From an uncultured Gammaproteobacteria bacterium (GTDB taxonomy: Bacteria; Patescibacteriota; Patescibacteriia; Magasanikbacterales; GWA2-37-8), in assembly GCA_964482695.1 (NCBI GenBank), contig CAYZYP010000001.1, positions 132,143 to 196,142 on the forward strand: DNA of 64,000 nucleotides, in the 5' to 3' direction. Both the position numbers and the translations under genes were made by a program. The first letter of the stretch is position 1. Every line of letters starts with the position of its first letter. Of this stretch, positions 1 through 9,479 are shown one piece after another. The notes beneath the pieces are model-generated. The model saw only the letters and a list, made by a program, of their open reading frames with translations. It did not search any database and was not told the origin of the DNA.

Positions 1-1
1 G

Positions 2-796
2 TTATTTTTAGCCGGTATTCCATGTATTACGACTCCAAAAGTTAGTGGTGGTTGGAGTCCTTTAGAAACATGGTGGTTTAGAGTAATAAGAAGATATGTG
101 ATTCTTAAGACTCACACAATGGGTCAATACGCGCCACGAGAATATTTACGCCTTTTAGAGCCAATAGGTATTTTTACAGATAATACAACAAAGTATTTAT
201 CATTTTCTGCCGCTGCCGCAGGTGATGTTGACAAGTTATTTATTGAATATAAAATAGATTTCCATAGAGATTTGCTGATAGGTATTATTCCATCGGCCGG
301 CAATAAAATTAAACAGTGGAGCCCGCTAAATTTCGCTGCGGTCGCGGATTATTTGATTTTTAATTATGATGCGAAGATTTTTCTTGTAGGATCGCAAGCT
401 GATCGTATGGAAGCAGATGAAACAGAAAAATATATTAAAATAAAAAATAGGGTATATAATTTGGCGGGTAAGTTAAACATAGATCAGTTAAAATGTTTTA
501 TATCACATCTTAATATGTTAGTCGGGGTTGATACTGGCCCAATATATATAGCCGAAGCTTTTGGTGTGGCGACGGTAGATATTGTAGGCCCGATGGATGA
601 GAACGAACAACCGCCACGCGGTTCCTCTCATAGAATAGTAGTTTCTCCTATTCGTAAAAAGTCGGCTATTCATATCATGAATGCTCGTAGTTACGATTCT
701 GTCGAGGCCAAGAAACAAGTTGATCTAATTACTGCAGATATGGTAATATCTACGATGAGAGATCTGATGTATAACTTACATTTAGTTTTAAAATAA
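2..796 (+). CDS. Glycosyltransferase family 9 (heptosyltransferase-like), 5'-truncated by window edge
   Basis: Frame is open from base 2; KQWSPLNF and VGVDTGPIYIAEAFGVATV match the GT9 KxW and DSGPMHLAAA motifs; adjacent to hldD. Confidence 0.8.
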   Translation, partial: LFLAGIPCITTPKVSGGWSPLETWWFRVIRRYVILKTHTMGQYAPREYLRLLEPIGIFTDNTTKYLSFSAAAAGDVDKLFIEYKIDFHRDLLIGIIPSAGNKIKQWSPLNFAAVADYLIFNYDAKIFLVGSQADRMEADETEKYIKIKNRVYNLAGKLNIDQLKCFISHLNMLVGVDTGPIYIAEAFGVATVDIVGPMDENEQPPRGSSHRIVVSPIRKKSAIHIMNARSYDSVEAKKQVDLITADMVISTMRDLMYNLHLVLK

Positions 797-807
797 TTTT
801 ATATTTT

Positions 808-1770
808 ATGATCGTTATTACAGGGGCAGCTGGGTTTATTGGTAGTTTTCTTGTTAATTACCTGAATGAGAAGAAAATAGAAGATCTAATTTTGGTTGAT
901 GATTTTACTAGACCAGATAAATTCTGTAATTTAATAGGTCGACGATATATAAAAAAAATTGAACGCGAATTTTTTTTAGATTGGTTAAATAAGAACAAGC
1001 CGATCATATCTTGCATAATGCACCTTGGAGCCAGAACAGATACTACCGAAAATAATTGGGATATTCTTGATAAATTAAATTTAAAATATAGCCAAAATCT
1101 TTGGAATTACTGTTCTTTAAATAATATACCATTTATTTATGCTTCTTCAGCTGCTACCTATGGAGCTGGAGAAATGGGGTATATTGATAACCACGATATA
1201 GTGCCATTGTTGAAGCCCCTAAATCTTTACGGGCAATCTAAAAACCTTTTTGATTTATGGGTGTTGCAACAGAGAAAATCACCGCCTTTTTGGGCGGGGT
1301 TGAAATTTTTTAATGTTTTTGGCCCCAATGAATATCACAAAGGAAGAATGGCGTCAGTTATTTTTCATGCCTATAATCAAATTGTTTCTAAAGGAAAGGT
1401 GTCTTTATTCCGCTCCCATCGTTTTGATTATAAAGATGGTGAGCAGAAGAGGGACTTTATATATGTTAAGGACGTAATAAAAGTTTGTGAATTTTTACGT
1501 CAAAACACCGACAGAATTAATTCTGGTTTATACAATGTTGGTACTGGCTTGGCCCGCACGTTTAAAGATTTAGTTTTAAGTGTTTTTATGGCTTTAAAAT
1601 TAGAGCCACATATAGTATATATAGATATGCCTATTGATATTAGAGATAAATATCAATATTTTACTCAGGCTGATATGCAAAAATTAAAAAAAGTTGGATA
1701 TAATAACAGTTTTTTTACATTAGAAAAAGGGATTGCAGAATATGTGCAGGATTATCTTGCTAAAAGATAA
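808..1770 (+). CDS. hldD: ADP-L-glycero-D-manno-heptose 6-epimerase
   Basis: ITGAAGFIGS, HLGARTDT, YASSAATYG, PLNLYGQSK, FFNVFGPNEYHKGRMASV, YQYFTQAD motifs typical of RfaD/HldD. Confidence 0.93.
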   Translation: MIVITGAAGFIGSFLVNYLNEKKIEDLILVDDFTRPDKFCNLIGRRYIKKIEREFFLDWLNKNKPIISCIMHLGARTDTTENNWDILDKLNLKYSQNLWNYCSLNNIPFIYASSAATYGAGEMGYIDNHDIVPLLKPLNLYGQSKNLFDLWVLQQRKSPPFWAGLKFFNVFGPNEYHKGRMASVIFHAYNQIVSKGKVSLFRSHRFDYKDGEQKRDFIYVKDVIKVCEFLRQNTDRINSGLYNVGTGLARTFKDLVLSVFMALKLEPHIVYIDMPIDIRDKYQYFTQADMQKLKKVGYNNSFFTLEKGIAEYVQDYLAKR

Positions 1771-1855
1771 AAGCGCTATAGTCTCGGCAGGTAAGGCATT
1801 TTTAATTATAGTGCGAAAGATGAAATTAAATTAATTAATAGTTATAATTTAAATT

Positions 1856-2791
1856 ATGTATCTGAAGTGTCCATTATGTGGTAACGCCAGCAAGGATTTG
1901 TTCTTAAACGAACTAGCCATGCGACAGTGCGTAAAATGCAGTTTGGTTTGGCGGCAGAACTTTGATTTACCAGCGGATCATTACGCTAATAAAGTAACGG
2001 ATATAGGAAGTAATAAATTAAAAGAGCGTGAGCAAAATTCTATTTTACGACTAAAACAATTTAAAAAACATGTGTTATTTGAAGATGTTTGCGATGTCGG
2101 GACGGGCGAAGGGGTATTTTTAAAAGTTTTACAAACACACGGTTGTAAGCGCTGTGTTGGTATAGAACCAAATAGGCTAATGGCAGATTTTTGGAAATTA
2201 AATAATTTACGAGTATTTAATGCTAAGAGCACAAAGGAAATAGTGGATTTAATTGAGAGAGAAAAAATAAAAGTTGTTACTTTATTTCATGTGATTGAGC
2301 ATATCCCAGATCCTGTCGATTTATTAAGTGAAATTAGAAGTGCCTTGCCTAGCGGAGGTATTGTGGTGGTGGAAACTCCAAATTTAGAAGCTTATTCCAT
2401 GAAAAAGAGTAGTTATCGACATAAATTAATATATCCAGAACATTTATTTTATTTTAATACTCACAATTTTTTGCAGATGTTTAATAAAACAGGTTTTAAT
2501 GTTGTGGCTAATGGCAAACGCGACTTTAATCAAAATTACTTAGGTATTCATGAATGTTTGTGGCGGCTCGGGTTGACTAATAATAAATTTAAAGTTAAAA
2601 ATTATTCTGGACGTTCAAATTTAATAGATGGATGTGAAAATATTAATTCCGTAGTGCCATCGGTTAATTTACGCCCGGTAGGTTTAAAGAAAAATAGTAT
2701 CCGTTTTTTAAATTTTATTCTAAGTCAGGCAGTGCAGGTTTTAGGCAGATTAGACTATCAGTGGGTTATTGCTAAAAAAATATCAACATAG
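1856..2791 (+). CDS. Class I SAM-dependent methyltransferase with N-terminal Zn-ribbon
   Basis: CPLC...CVKC; DVGTGEG motif I; FHVIEHIPDP; ETPN; EHLFYF. Confidence 0.85.
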   Translation: MYLKCPLCGNASKDLFLNELAMRQCVKCSLVWRQNFDLPADHYANKVTDIGSNKLKEREQNSILRLKQFKKHVLFEDVCDVGTGEGVFLKVLQTHGCKRCVGIEPNRLMADFWKLNNLRVFNAKSTKEIVDLIEREKIKVVTLFHVIEHIPDPVDLLSEIRSALPSGGIVVVETPNLEAYSMKKSSYRHKLIYPEHLFYFNTHNFLQMFNKTGFNVVANGKRDFNQNYLGIHECLWRLGLTNNKFKVKNYSGRSNLIDGCENINSVVPSVNLRPVGLKKNSIRFLNFILSQAVQVLGRLDYQWVIAKKIST

Positions 2792-2817
2792 ATCCCCGCA
2801 GGTTTGACCGCGAGGCT

Positions 2818-3951
2818 TTATGGTGATTGGTAAACAGACGTATAGTAAAAGGCAGTTTTATTAACATCAAACCGGCTAGCTTTTTCTAAAGCCTTTAAAG
2901 ATAATTCTTTTTTTAAATTACTGTTATTGACCAGTAATTTTATTTTTTCGTTAAAATCTTGGGGGCTATCTAATTTATAAAGCAAACCGGTGTTTTTAAT
3001 CATTTCATGATTGCCGCCAATATCCGTAGCTAATATTGACAAGCCAGCGTACAAAGCCTCTATTAGAGTAATAGACATGCCCTCGTATCTAGAAGGTAGA
3101 ACAAAAATATCAAAAGCTTTTAGATATTGGTAAGCATCTGGCATGTCGCCAACCAAGTAAACTGTATTTTTTAAATCTAGGTTGGTAATTAAATTTTCGT
3201 ATTTTTTCTTTTCAGGTCCGTTACCAATAATAACATAATTTAAATTAGGATAATCTTTTTTTAATTCAGACGCCTGTTTAATTAAAAATTCATAATTTTT
3301 TTGATAAGCCAGCCGACCAATGGAACCAATAACGAGTTTATTTTTAAAAGATGCACGCAATTTTTCTTCTAACATTATTTTAGCTTGTTCGCGTGAAAAG
3401 AAGTTTAATTCGTTTTGATCCAGCCCGTTGTAAATTACTACAGCATCGCGCGTTAAGCCAAGCTTTTGGCTTGCATAATGATTTTCATTACTAACGTATA
3501 TTTGTTTATCGATAAAATTTAATAGGATTTTAAAGATTAATTTATAAAAAATAATCTTTATTTTAGACTGAGTGTAGTTTGTATCTAGCATAGATAAACC
3601 ACGAAAGGTAAAAACAGTTTTTGGTTTATTTTTAGCTAGTTTGGCTGATAACGCCCCTAGCAAAGCATTGCTACTATTAAAATGGACAACATCAAAGTGG
3701 TTAGAATTTAAGAATTTTTTAAATTTCCAAATAAAACGTAAATTAGTAATTATGTTAAAAGTCCGGCCAAGGTCGGGAAATTTGGTGTAAGGTATTTGTT
3801 GTTTTTCTAATTTTTGTTGCAAGAATGTTCCCGAACCAAAGCCAACTGTCACATCGAGACCTTGTTCAATTAGTTTTTTGGCCAAATTAAACACCGATAC
3901 TTGCGCGCCGCCGGTCTCGCCTTTGGTAATAATAATAAGGATTTTTTTCAT
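2818..3951 (-). CDS. Glycosyltransferase family 4
   Basis: GGAQ N-terminus, IGRLAYQKN, FVLPSRYEGMSITLIEA motif. Confidence 0.9.
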   Translation of the reverse strand: MKKILIIITKGETGGAQVSVFNLAKKLIEQGLDVTVGFGSGTFLQQKLEKQQIPYTKFPDLGRTFNIITNLRFIWKFKKFLNSNHFDVVHFNSSNALLGALSAKLAKNKPKTVFTFRGLSMLDTNYTQSKIKIIFYKLIFKILLNFIDKQIYVSNENHYASQKLGLTRDAVVIYNGLDQNELNFFSREQAKIMLEEKLRASFKNKLVIGSIGRLAYQKNYEFLIKQASELKKDYPNLNYVIIGNGPEKKKYENLITNLDLKNTVYLVGDMPDAYQYLKAFDIFVLPSRYEGMSITLIEALYAGLSILATDIGGNHEMIKNTGLLYKLDSPQDFNEKIKLLVNNSNLKKELSLKALEKASRFDVNKTAFYYTSVYQSP

Positions 3952-4082
3952 GATATTTTAGTATATTCTAATAAAAATAGCATAGCAGATAATGGTTAAT
4001 TTGGGAAGTTAAGCTACAAAGCATTAAACCTTGCTTTTTTTGCCTTTTTTTATTATATTATATAGGTAAATTAAGTAATTTT

Positions 4083-5048
4083 ATGATTGAAAAAAAGAAG
4101 GTTTTAGTTACCACCGTTCCTTTTGGCACAGTTTCCAAAGAGCCACTGGATTTATTAGAAAAAGAGGGGTTGGAGGTAAAAATAATAAACAGCAAAAAAA
4201 TGGCTGAGGATGAACTAATAGGCTATTTAGCCGACATTGATTATGTCGTGGCCGGCTTATCGCAATTTACCGCACGATTATTAGATCAGGCGCCAAAGCT
4301 GCGTTTAATAGCTCGGGTTGGCGTTGGTTTGGACAACATACCTTTTGTGGAAACCAAAAAAAGAGGGATTAAGGTAACGTATACACCTGATGCGCCAACT
4401 TTGGCAGTAGCCGAATTTACCATTGGCTTGGTGCTTGACTCTTTAAGGAGATTTTCTTGGATAGATCGTGATATGCGGCAAAAAGTATGGAATAAGTATA
4501 TGGGAGATCAGCTGCGCGGTAAAACTATTGGTATAATTGGCGTCGGTAGGATAGGTAAAAATGTTATAAAATTACTTCAACCTTTTGGAGTAAATATTTT
4601 AGGGAATGATTTGCCAGAAAAAGAAGACCATGATTTTGCTAAGCAATATAATTTAAAATATGTCAGCAAAGATGAATTGTACGCCCAGAGCGATGTTGTA
4701 AGTTTGCATTTATCCCGCTCACCGTCTGTTCACCATTTAATCAACAAAGAGGTTTTAGTAAAGATGAAAGACACCGCAATTTTAATTAACACTTCTCGTG
4801 GCGGGGTAGTAGACGAACAGGCATTAATTGAAGCTTTGTCAGATAACACAATTACCGGCGCTGTTTTGGATGTTTATGAAACAGAGCCTTATCAAGGTTT
4901 GTTAACAAAATTAGACAATGTTTTACTAACAGCTCATGTTGGTGCTGGCACCAAAGAATCGAGGCGACTGATGGAACTAGGCGCGGTAGAAGAAGTTGTT
5001 CGTTTTCACCGCGGTGAAAAGTTAGAAAATGAAATAGATCATAATTAA
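4083..5048 (+). CDS. D-isomer-specific 2-hydroxyacid dehydrogenase (SerA-like, no ACT domain)
   Basis: RVGVGLDNI, GIIGVGRIG, INTSRGGVVDE, LDVYETEP, TAHVGA motifs. Confidence 0.9.
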   Translation: MIEKKKVLVTTVPFGTVSKEPLDLLEKEGLEVKIINSKKMAEDELIGYLADIDYVVAGLSQFTARLLDQAPKLRLIARVGVGLDNIPFVETKKRGIKVTYTPDAPTLAVAEFTIGLVLDSLRRFSWIDRDMRQKVWNKYMGDQLRGKTIGIIGVGRIGKNVIKLLQPFGVNILGNDLPEKEDHDFAKQYNLKYVSKDELYAQSDVVSLHLSRSPSVHHLINKEVLVKMKDTAILINTSRGGVVDEQALIEALSDNTITGAVLDVYETEPYQGLLTKLDNVLLTAHVGAGTKESRRLMELGAVEEVVRFHRGEKLENEIDHN

Positions 5049-5055
5049 AGGTCAT

Positions 5056-6285
5056 ATGCAAAATGTCATAGTAGTGGGCGTGGGGGAATATTATACAGAT
5101 ATAGTTGGGCCATCCTTGCAATTATTAGAACAAGAAGGTGTATTAAAAGTAATTTGTTTAGTAGACGTAATAGAACTAAGCAAAAAAGCAAAAAATTTTT
5201 TTTCTAAGGCAGAATTTCGTAAACGACAAGATAACCAGCCTTTAAGCGAGTTATTAAAGGATTTAAGAAACTCAGAAACAATTGTGTTGCTTGGCCATGT
5301 GAATAATTTGCACGCTAGTGATGCTAAAGATTTAACAGAAAATGGTTTTAAAGTAATGTTGGAAAAACCGTATTTTTTAAATAATAGCCAATCGAAAATA
5401 GTAAAAAATATTATAGGTAGCAATGATTTAAACCAACTGATTTTATTGGAATATTACATACAGATGAAAACTATTCCTCTTTTAATTTTAGCTGGTAAGA
5501 TAAAGAAAGACAGTTTTTATTTAACAAAACCAAATTTATTGCAAACAGAAGAAGGAATGTTAGTTTATGCAAAAAGCGTAAACGACCTCGTCGGCCAACT
5601 AAAGAAGATAATAGGTAAGCCACAAAAAGTAGTTGTGGAATTATTAGAAGGAGAAGGAAAAACAGGCAGGCTAGATCATCGTGGTGCTTATCTTAGTGAT
5701 ATAAAAATTGGCGGTGGAGTAATATTGGATTTAGGTATCCACGCATTCGCTCCTCTATTTATTCTAGAAGATTATCTAGGGGAAATAGATGTATCCTTTT
5801 TGGGTGGTTTTGTAAGGGCAGCAAAATGTAAAGAGCACATAGAGATGTGTAAAGAAAAATTTTTATTACCAGAAAATGAAGTAGCCGAAACTTGTGCCGA
5901 AATTAAAATGAATACAAAAATAGGCATACCGATTAATGTGATTGTGGGCAAATATGTTCTGCCAGACAAAAATAGAAGGCAGATAGTTATTTACGGAGAT
6001 AAAAATATGGTTAAAATGGATCTTTCTAATTGCAGTTTATCAATTATTAACAATGGAAAAGAAGAAAAAATATTAACTTTTCCTAAAAAGTCGGATTCTA
6101 AATATTATTCAGTTGTTAGAAGTGGTTTAGAAATTTCAAAAAATAATAGTCCTTTTACTTTTAATCTAAAGCAAAAAGCGTTAAAAGTCCAATCGTTTGT
6201 GTTAAACGTGCGCCATTTAGCTTACCAAACAAAGATAAACGAGTTTTTTTTGGCTGGTATAGAGCCAATAGAAATTTTTAAGTAA
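5056..6285 (+). CDS. Gfo/Idh/MocA-family oxidoreductase
   Basis: N-terminal Rossmann-like VVGVG, VMLEKP motif, GGGVILDLGIH motif. Confidence 0.75.
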   Translation: MQNVIVVGVGEYYTDIVGPSLQLLEQEGVLKVICLVDVIELSKKAKNFFSKAEFRKRQDNQPLSELLKDLRNSETIVLLGHVNNLHASDAKDLTENGFKVMLEKPYFLNNSQSKIVKNIIGSNDLNQLILLEYYIQMKTIPLLILAGKIKKDSFYLTKPNLLQTEEGMLVYAKSVNDLVGQLKKIIGKPQKVVVELLEGEGKTGRLDHRGAYLSDIKIGGGVILDLGIHAFAPLFILEDYLGEIDVSFLGGFVRAAKCKEHIEMCKEKFLLPENEVAETCAEIKMNTKIGIPINVIVGKYVLPDKNRRQIVIYGDKNMVKMDLSNCSLSIINNGKEEKILTFPKKSDSKYYSVVRSGLEISKNNSPFTFNLKQKALKVQSFVLNVRHLAYQTKINEFFLAGIEPIEIFK

Positions 6286-6290
6286 TAATT

Positions 6291-7292
6291 ATGATATTTA
6301 ATTTAAAACAAAATAATGATTTGTCAGAAGCAGCCATGCGTCCGCCGGCTTTGTATAAAGAATGGAAAAATATTTTAAAAAAAGAAGTCGGGGAATTATG
6401 GCAAATAACTGCTAATTTACAAAAAATAGATTGTCCAGGATGCGATAGCAAGAATAATCAAGAGATTTTTACTGTTTTTGGTGTTAGGTATAAAAAATGC
6501 GAAGACTGCGGCACTGTTTTTGCTGCTACTCGTCCAACAAGAGATAACTTAAGAGATTTTTATCATCATTCTTTGGCCGTTAAATTTTGGAAAGAGAAAA
6601 TAATCCCAGCTAGTCAAGAAAAACGCCAACAATACAGCCACAATCCTTTGTTAAGGTGGTTCTTGGATATTGTAAGAGCCCACCAAGTTAATAAAGAAAG
6701 TGTAGTAGTAGATTATCAGCCAAAATTTAATAGTATCTTTCTAAGTAGGCAAGATCTTGATTTTACCAATATAAATTTAGTTGATCCGTTGTATGTAAAC
6801 AATGATGACCAAGCGATCAAAACGTGTGATAAATTGGATAAAATTATCGATCAAGTTAGTGTATTTACCGCATTTAATGTGTTGGACAAAGAAGCCAATC
6901 CCGATGAATTTTTGCGAGAAGTATCTGACAAGTGCCAGAAAGGCGGTTTGTTTTTTTTAACTGCCAATACTATTAGCGGATTGGAATACCAAGTTCTAGG
7001 CGGGCAAGCTTCGCGTTTGGTTCCTCCAGATAGACTTAATTTATTGTCAGTAGAAGCAGTAGAGTACTTGCTAGCCAAAAATAATTTTACAGTTTTAGAT
7101 ATTAGTACGCCAGGAAAATTAGATTTAGATATTATTATTAATGAATATAAAGAAAATCCAGATATTATTTTACCGGAATTTATAAAATATATAATCAAGC
7201 ATAGAGACAAAAGTGTTTGTCGATCGCTGCAAAGTTTTTTGCAATTAAACAATCTAAGTTCATTTTTACGAGCCGTTGCTATTAAAAATTAA
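6291..7292 (+). CDS. Methyltransferase-fold protein with Zn-binding N-terminus (SAM motif degenerate)
   Basis: CPGC...CEDC; C-terminal PPDRLNLLS and TPGKLDLDII typical of glycan-cluster methyltransferases; glycine-rich motif I not evident. Confidence 0.6.
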   Translation: MIFNLKQNNDLSEAAMRPPALYKEWKNILKKEVGELWQITANLQKIDCPGCDSKNNQEIFTVFGVRYKKCEDCGTVFAATRPTRDNLRDFYHHSLAVKFWKEKIIPASQEKRQQYSHNPLLRWFLDIVRAHQVNKESVVVDYQPKFNSIFLSRQDLDFTNINLVDPLYVNNDDQAIKTCDKLDKIIDQVSVFTAFNVLDKEANPDEFLREVSDKCQKGGLFFLTANTISGLEYQVLGGQASRLVPPDRLNLLSVEAVEYLLAKNNFTVLDISTPGKLDLDIIINEYKENPDIILPEFIKYIIKHRDKSVCRSLQSFLQLNNLSSFLRAVAIKN

Positions 7293-7297
7293 TTTTT

Positions 7298-7906
7298 ATG
7301 TTAAAGAAAAATATTAAAGACCTGCGTTCCATCGATTATTTTAAAGAATATTCAAAATACATTACTCATTTATTGGCTAATTTAAATTTTCATATTATTG
7401 ATGAAGTTGCCAAGTTGATAGTTGCAACAGCAGAAAAAGGTGGCACAATTTATTTTGCTGGCAATGGCGGTAGCGCGGCCACAGCTTCTCATTTTGCGAC
7501 CGATTTTTCGCATGGTTTGGTAGGCGGTACAGGTAAATTGGTAAAAGCAGTTAATTTAGCAGATAATGTTTCTTTAATAACAGCGATTAGTAATGATAGT
7601 GGTTATGAAAATATATTTATCAATCAGCTGAATAATTTATTGGGTAAAAAGGATATTTTGGTGCTTATTTCGGCTAGCGGTAATTCGCCAAATATAGTTA
7701 AGGCAGCTGAATTTGCCAAGACAAAAAAAGCATCGACAGTGGCCTTTGTTGGTTTTGACGGTGGAAAATTAAAAGATATTTGCGATTATGTCGTGCAAAT
7801 AGAAACCAAATCAGGCGAATACGGCCCGGTAGAAGACGTCCACACAATACTTGATCATATGTTAGCTTCCTATTTAATTTTAAAGTTGCAGGGAAATAAA
7901 AATTGA
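7298..7906 (+). CDS. gmhA: SIS-domain phosphosugar isomerase (GmhA-like)
   Basis: GNGGSAATASHFATD, TAISNDSGY, ISASGNSPNI, EDVH motifs. Confidence 0.75.
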   Translation: MLKKNIKDLRSIDYFKEYSKYITHLLANLNFHIIDEVAKLIVATAEKGGTIYFAGNGGSAATASHFATDFSHGLVGGTGKLVKAVNLADNVSLITAISNDSGYENIFINQLNNLLGKKDILVLISASGNSPNIVKAAEFAKTKKASTVAFVGFDGGKLKDICDYVVQIETKSGEYGPVEDVHTILDHMLASYLILKLQGNKN

Positions 7907-7910
7907 GTAT

Positions 7911-8669
7911 ATGTTAGCTAAAGATTTGCGAGTATATTTGACTATCGCTAAAAAAACCGCTAAACAAGCCGGAGATTTTTTAGCTAATTATACGCATAGT
8001 AATTTGCAAATTTATTACGACAAAAACAAGGATATTAAAATTAATGCAGATAAACAGAGTGAAAAAATAATTATAGATAATTTACAAAAACAAACTAATT
8101 TTTCTATTCTATCCGAAGAAGCCGGCTTGATAGTGGGGGGAAATAAGGACAATTTATGTTGGATTGTCGATCCTTTAGACGGCTCTTTAAATTTTTCTCG
8201 GCAGCTTCCTGCTAGCTGTATCTCTATAGCTTTGTGGGAGAAAAATAAGCCTATTTTAGGCGTTGTTTATGATTTTAATCGGCAAGAGATGTTTAGTGGT
8301 GTGGTAGGTCAAGGGGCTTGGTTAAATGGCTTTTTAATCACGGTTTCAACGGCCAATCAGTTAAAGAAAGCGGTGGTGGCCACTGGTTTTCCTTCTCAGA
8401 CTAACTATGATGAAAAAGCTTTGTTAGACTATGTAACTAAAGTACAAAAATTTAAAAAAGTTAGATTATTGGGCAGCGCTGCCTTGTCTTTGGCTTATAT
8501 AGCTTGCGGACGAGTAGACGCCTATATGGAAAGAGACATTATGATTTGGGATATAGCTGGTGGTGTGGCGATAGCTTTAGCCGCAGGCGGAGAGATTCAA
8601 TATATGAATAAAATTAAGAAAAATACTGTTGATATTTTGGTAACTAATTCTTTGATTAACTTTAATTAA
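7911..8669 (+). CDS. Inositol monophosphatase family protein
   Basis: LSEE, WIVDPLDGSLNF, GSAALSLAYIACG, WDIAGG motifs. Confidence 0.9.
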   Translation: MLAKDLRVYLTIAKKTAKQAGDFLANYTHSNLQIYYDKNKDIKINADKQSEKIIIDNLQKQTNFSILSEEAGLIVGGNKDNLCWIVDPLDGSLNFSRQLPASCISIALWEKNKPILGVVYDFNRQEMFSGVVGQGAWLNGFLITVSTANQLKKAVVATGFPSQTNYDEKALLDYVTKVQKFKKVRLLGSAALSLAYIACGRVDAYMERDIMIWDIAGGVAIALAAGGEIQYMNKIKKNTVDILVTNSLINFN

Positions 8670-8679
8670 TATAATTTAT

Positions 8680-9444
8680 ATGAAGATTTACGGAGTGGTG
8701 CCAGCTAGGATGGAATCAAGTCGTTTTCCTGGTAAGCCCTTACATTTAATTTGTGATCGTCCCATGGTTGAACATGTTTTTTGCAGAGCAAAAATGTTTA
8801 AGTTGTGGGATGATTTAATTATAGCGACTTGCGATGAGGAAATAAAAAATTTTGCTAATAATAATAATTTTCCTGTGGTGATGACATCAAAAACACACAC
8901 ACGTTGTTTAGATAGAGTGGCCGAAGCTATTAAGAACATGGACTACGATATCCGCGGAGAAGATGTGGTAGTATGTGTTCAAGGTGATGAACCGATGCTT
9001 CATCCGGGCATGGTGCAGGCATCTATAGATCCTCTTTTGAAAGACGAGACGGTAAAATGCACAGTTTTGGCCATGCAAATTTTATCTGAAAAGCATTATT
9101 TAAGTCCAGATGTTGTAAAAATAGTTCATGATTTGCAGGGAGATGTGCTTTACACTTCGCGCAGCCCGATACCATACACAAAAAAATTCGATCCTTCTTT
9201 AGGAGCTTTTCGTATATATGGAATTTTAGCTTTTCGTTGGAGCTTTCTTCAAGAGTTTAATTCTTTGCCGGAATCGCCATTGGAGATAAAGGAGTCGTGT
9301 GATAGTAATAGGATTTTTGACCATGGTCATAAACAGAGAATGGCTCCATATCCATTTAAACCATCCTTTGCTGTGGATAAGCCAGAAGATATTTTGCTTG
9401 TTGAGCAAAATATAGTAAAAGATTCTCTGTGGGGTAAATATTAA
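8680..9444 (+). CDS. KdsB-like cytidylyltransferase (CMP-ulosonate synthetase family)
   Basis: PARMESSRFPGKPL, VQGDEP, LYTSRSPIP, SPLEIKES, AVDKPED motifs. Confidence 0.85.
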   Translation: MKIYGVVPARMESSRFPGKPLHLICDRPMVEHVFCRAKMFKLWDDLIIATCDEEIKNFANNNNFPVVMTSKTHTRCLDRVAEAIKNMDYDIRGEDVVVCVQGDEPMLHPGMVQASIDPLLKDETVKCTVLAMQILSEKHYLSPDVVKIVHDLQGDVLYTSRSPIPYTKKFDPSLGAFRIYGILAFRWSFLQEFNSLPESPLEIKESCDSNRIFDHGHKQRMAPYPFKPSFAVDKPEDILLVEQNIVKDSLWGKY

Positions 9445-9479
9445 AGTAAAAATTTTGGCGAGGCGTAAATATCACAACT

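Noticed and set aside
2791-2816. Degenerate ccccgc...gcgagg hairpin as another repeat-family member
   Set aside because: Too short and imperfect to distinguish from a weak terminator between convergent genes
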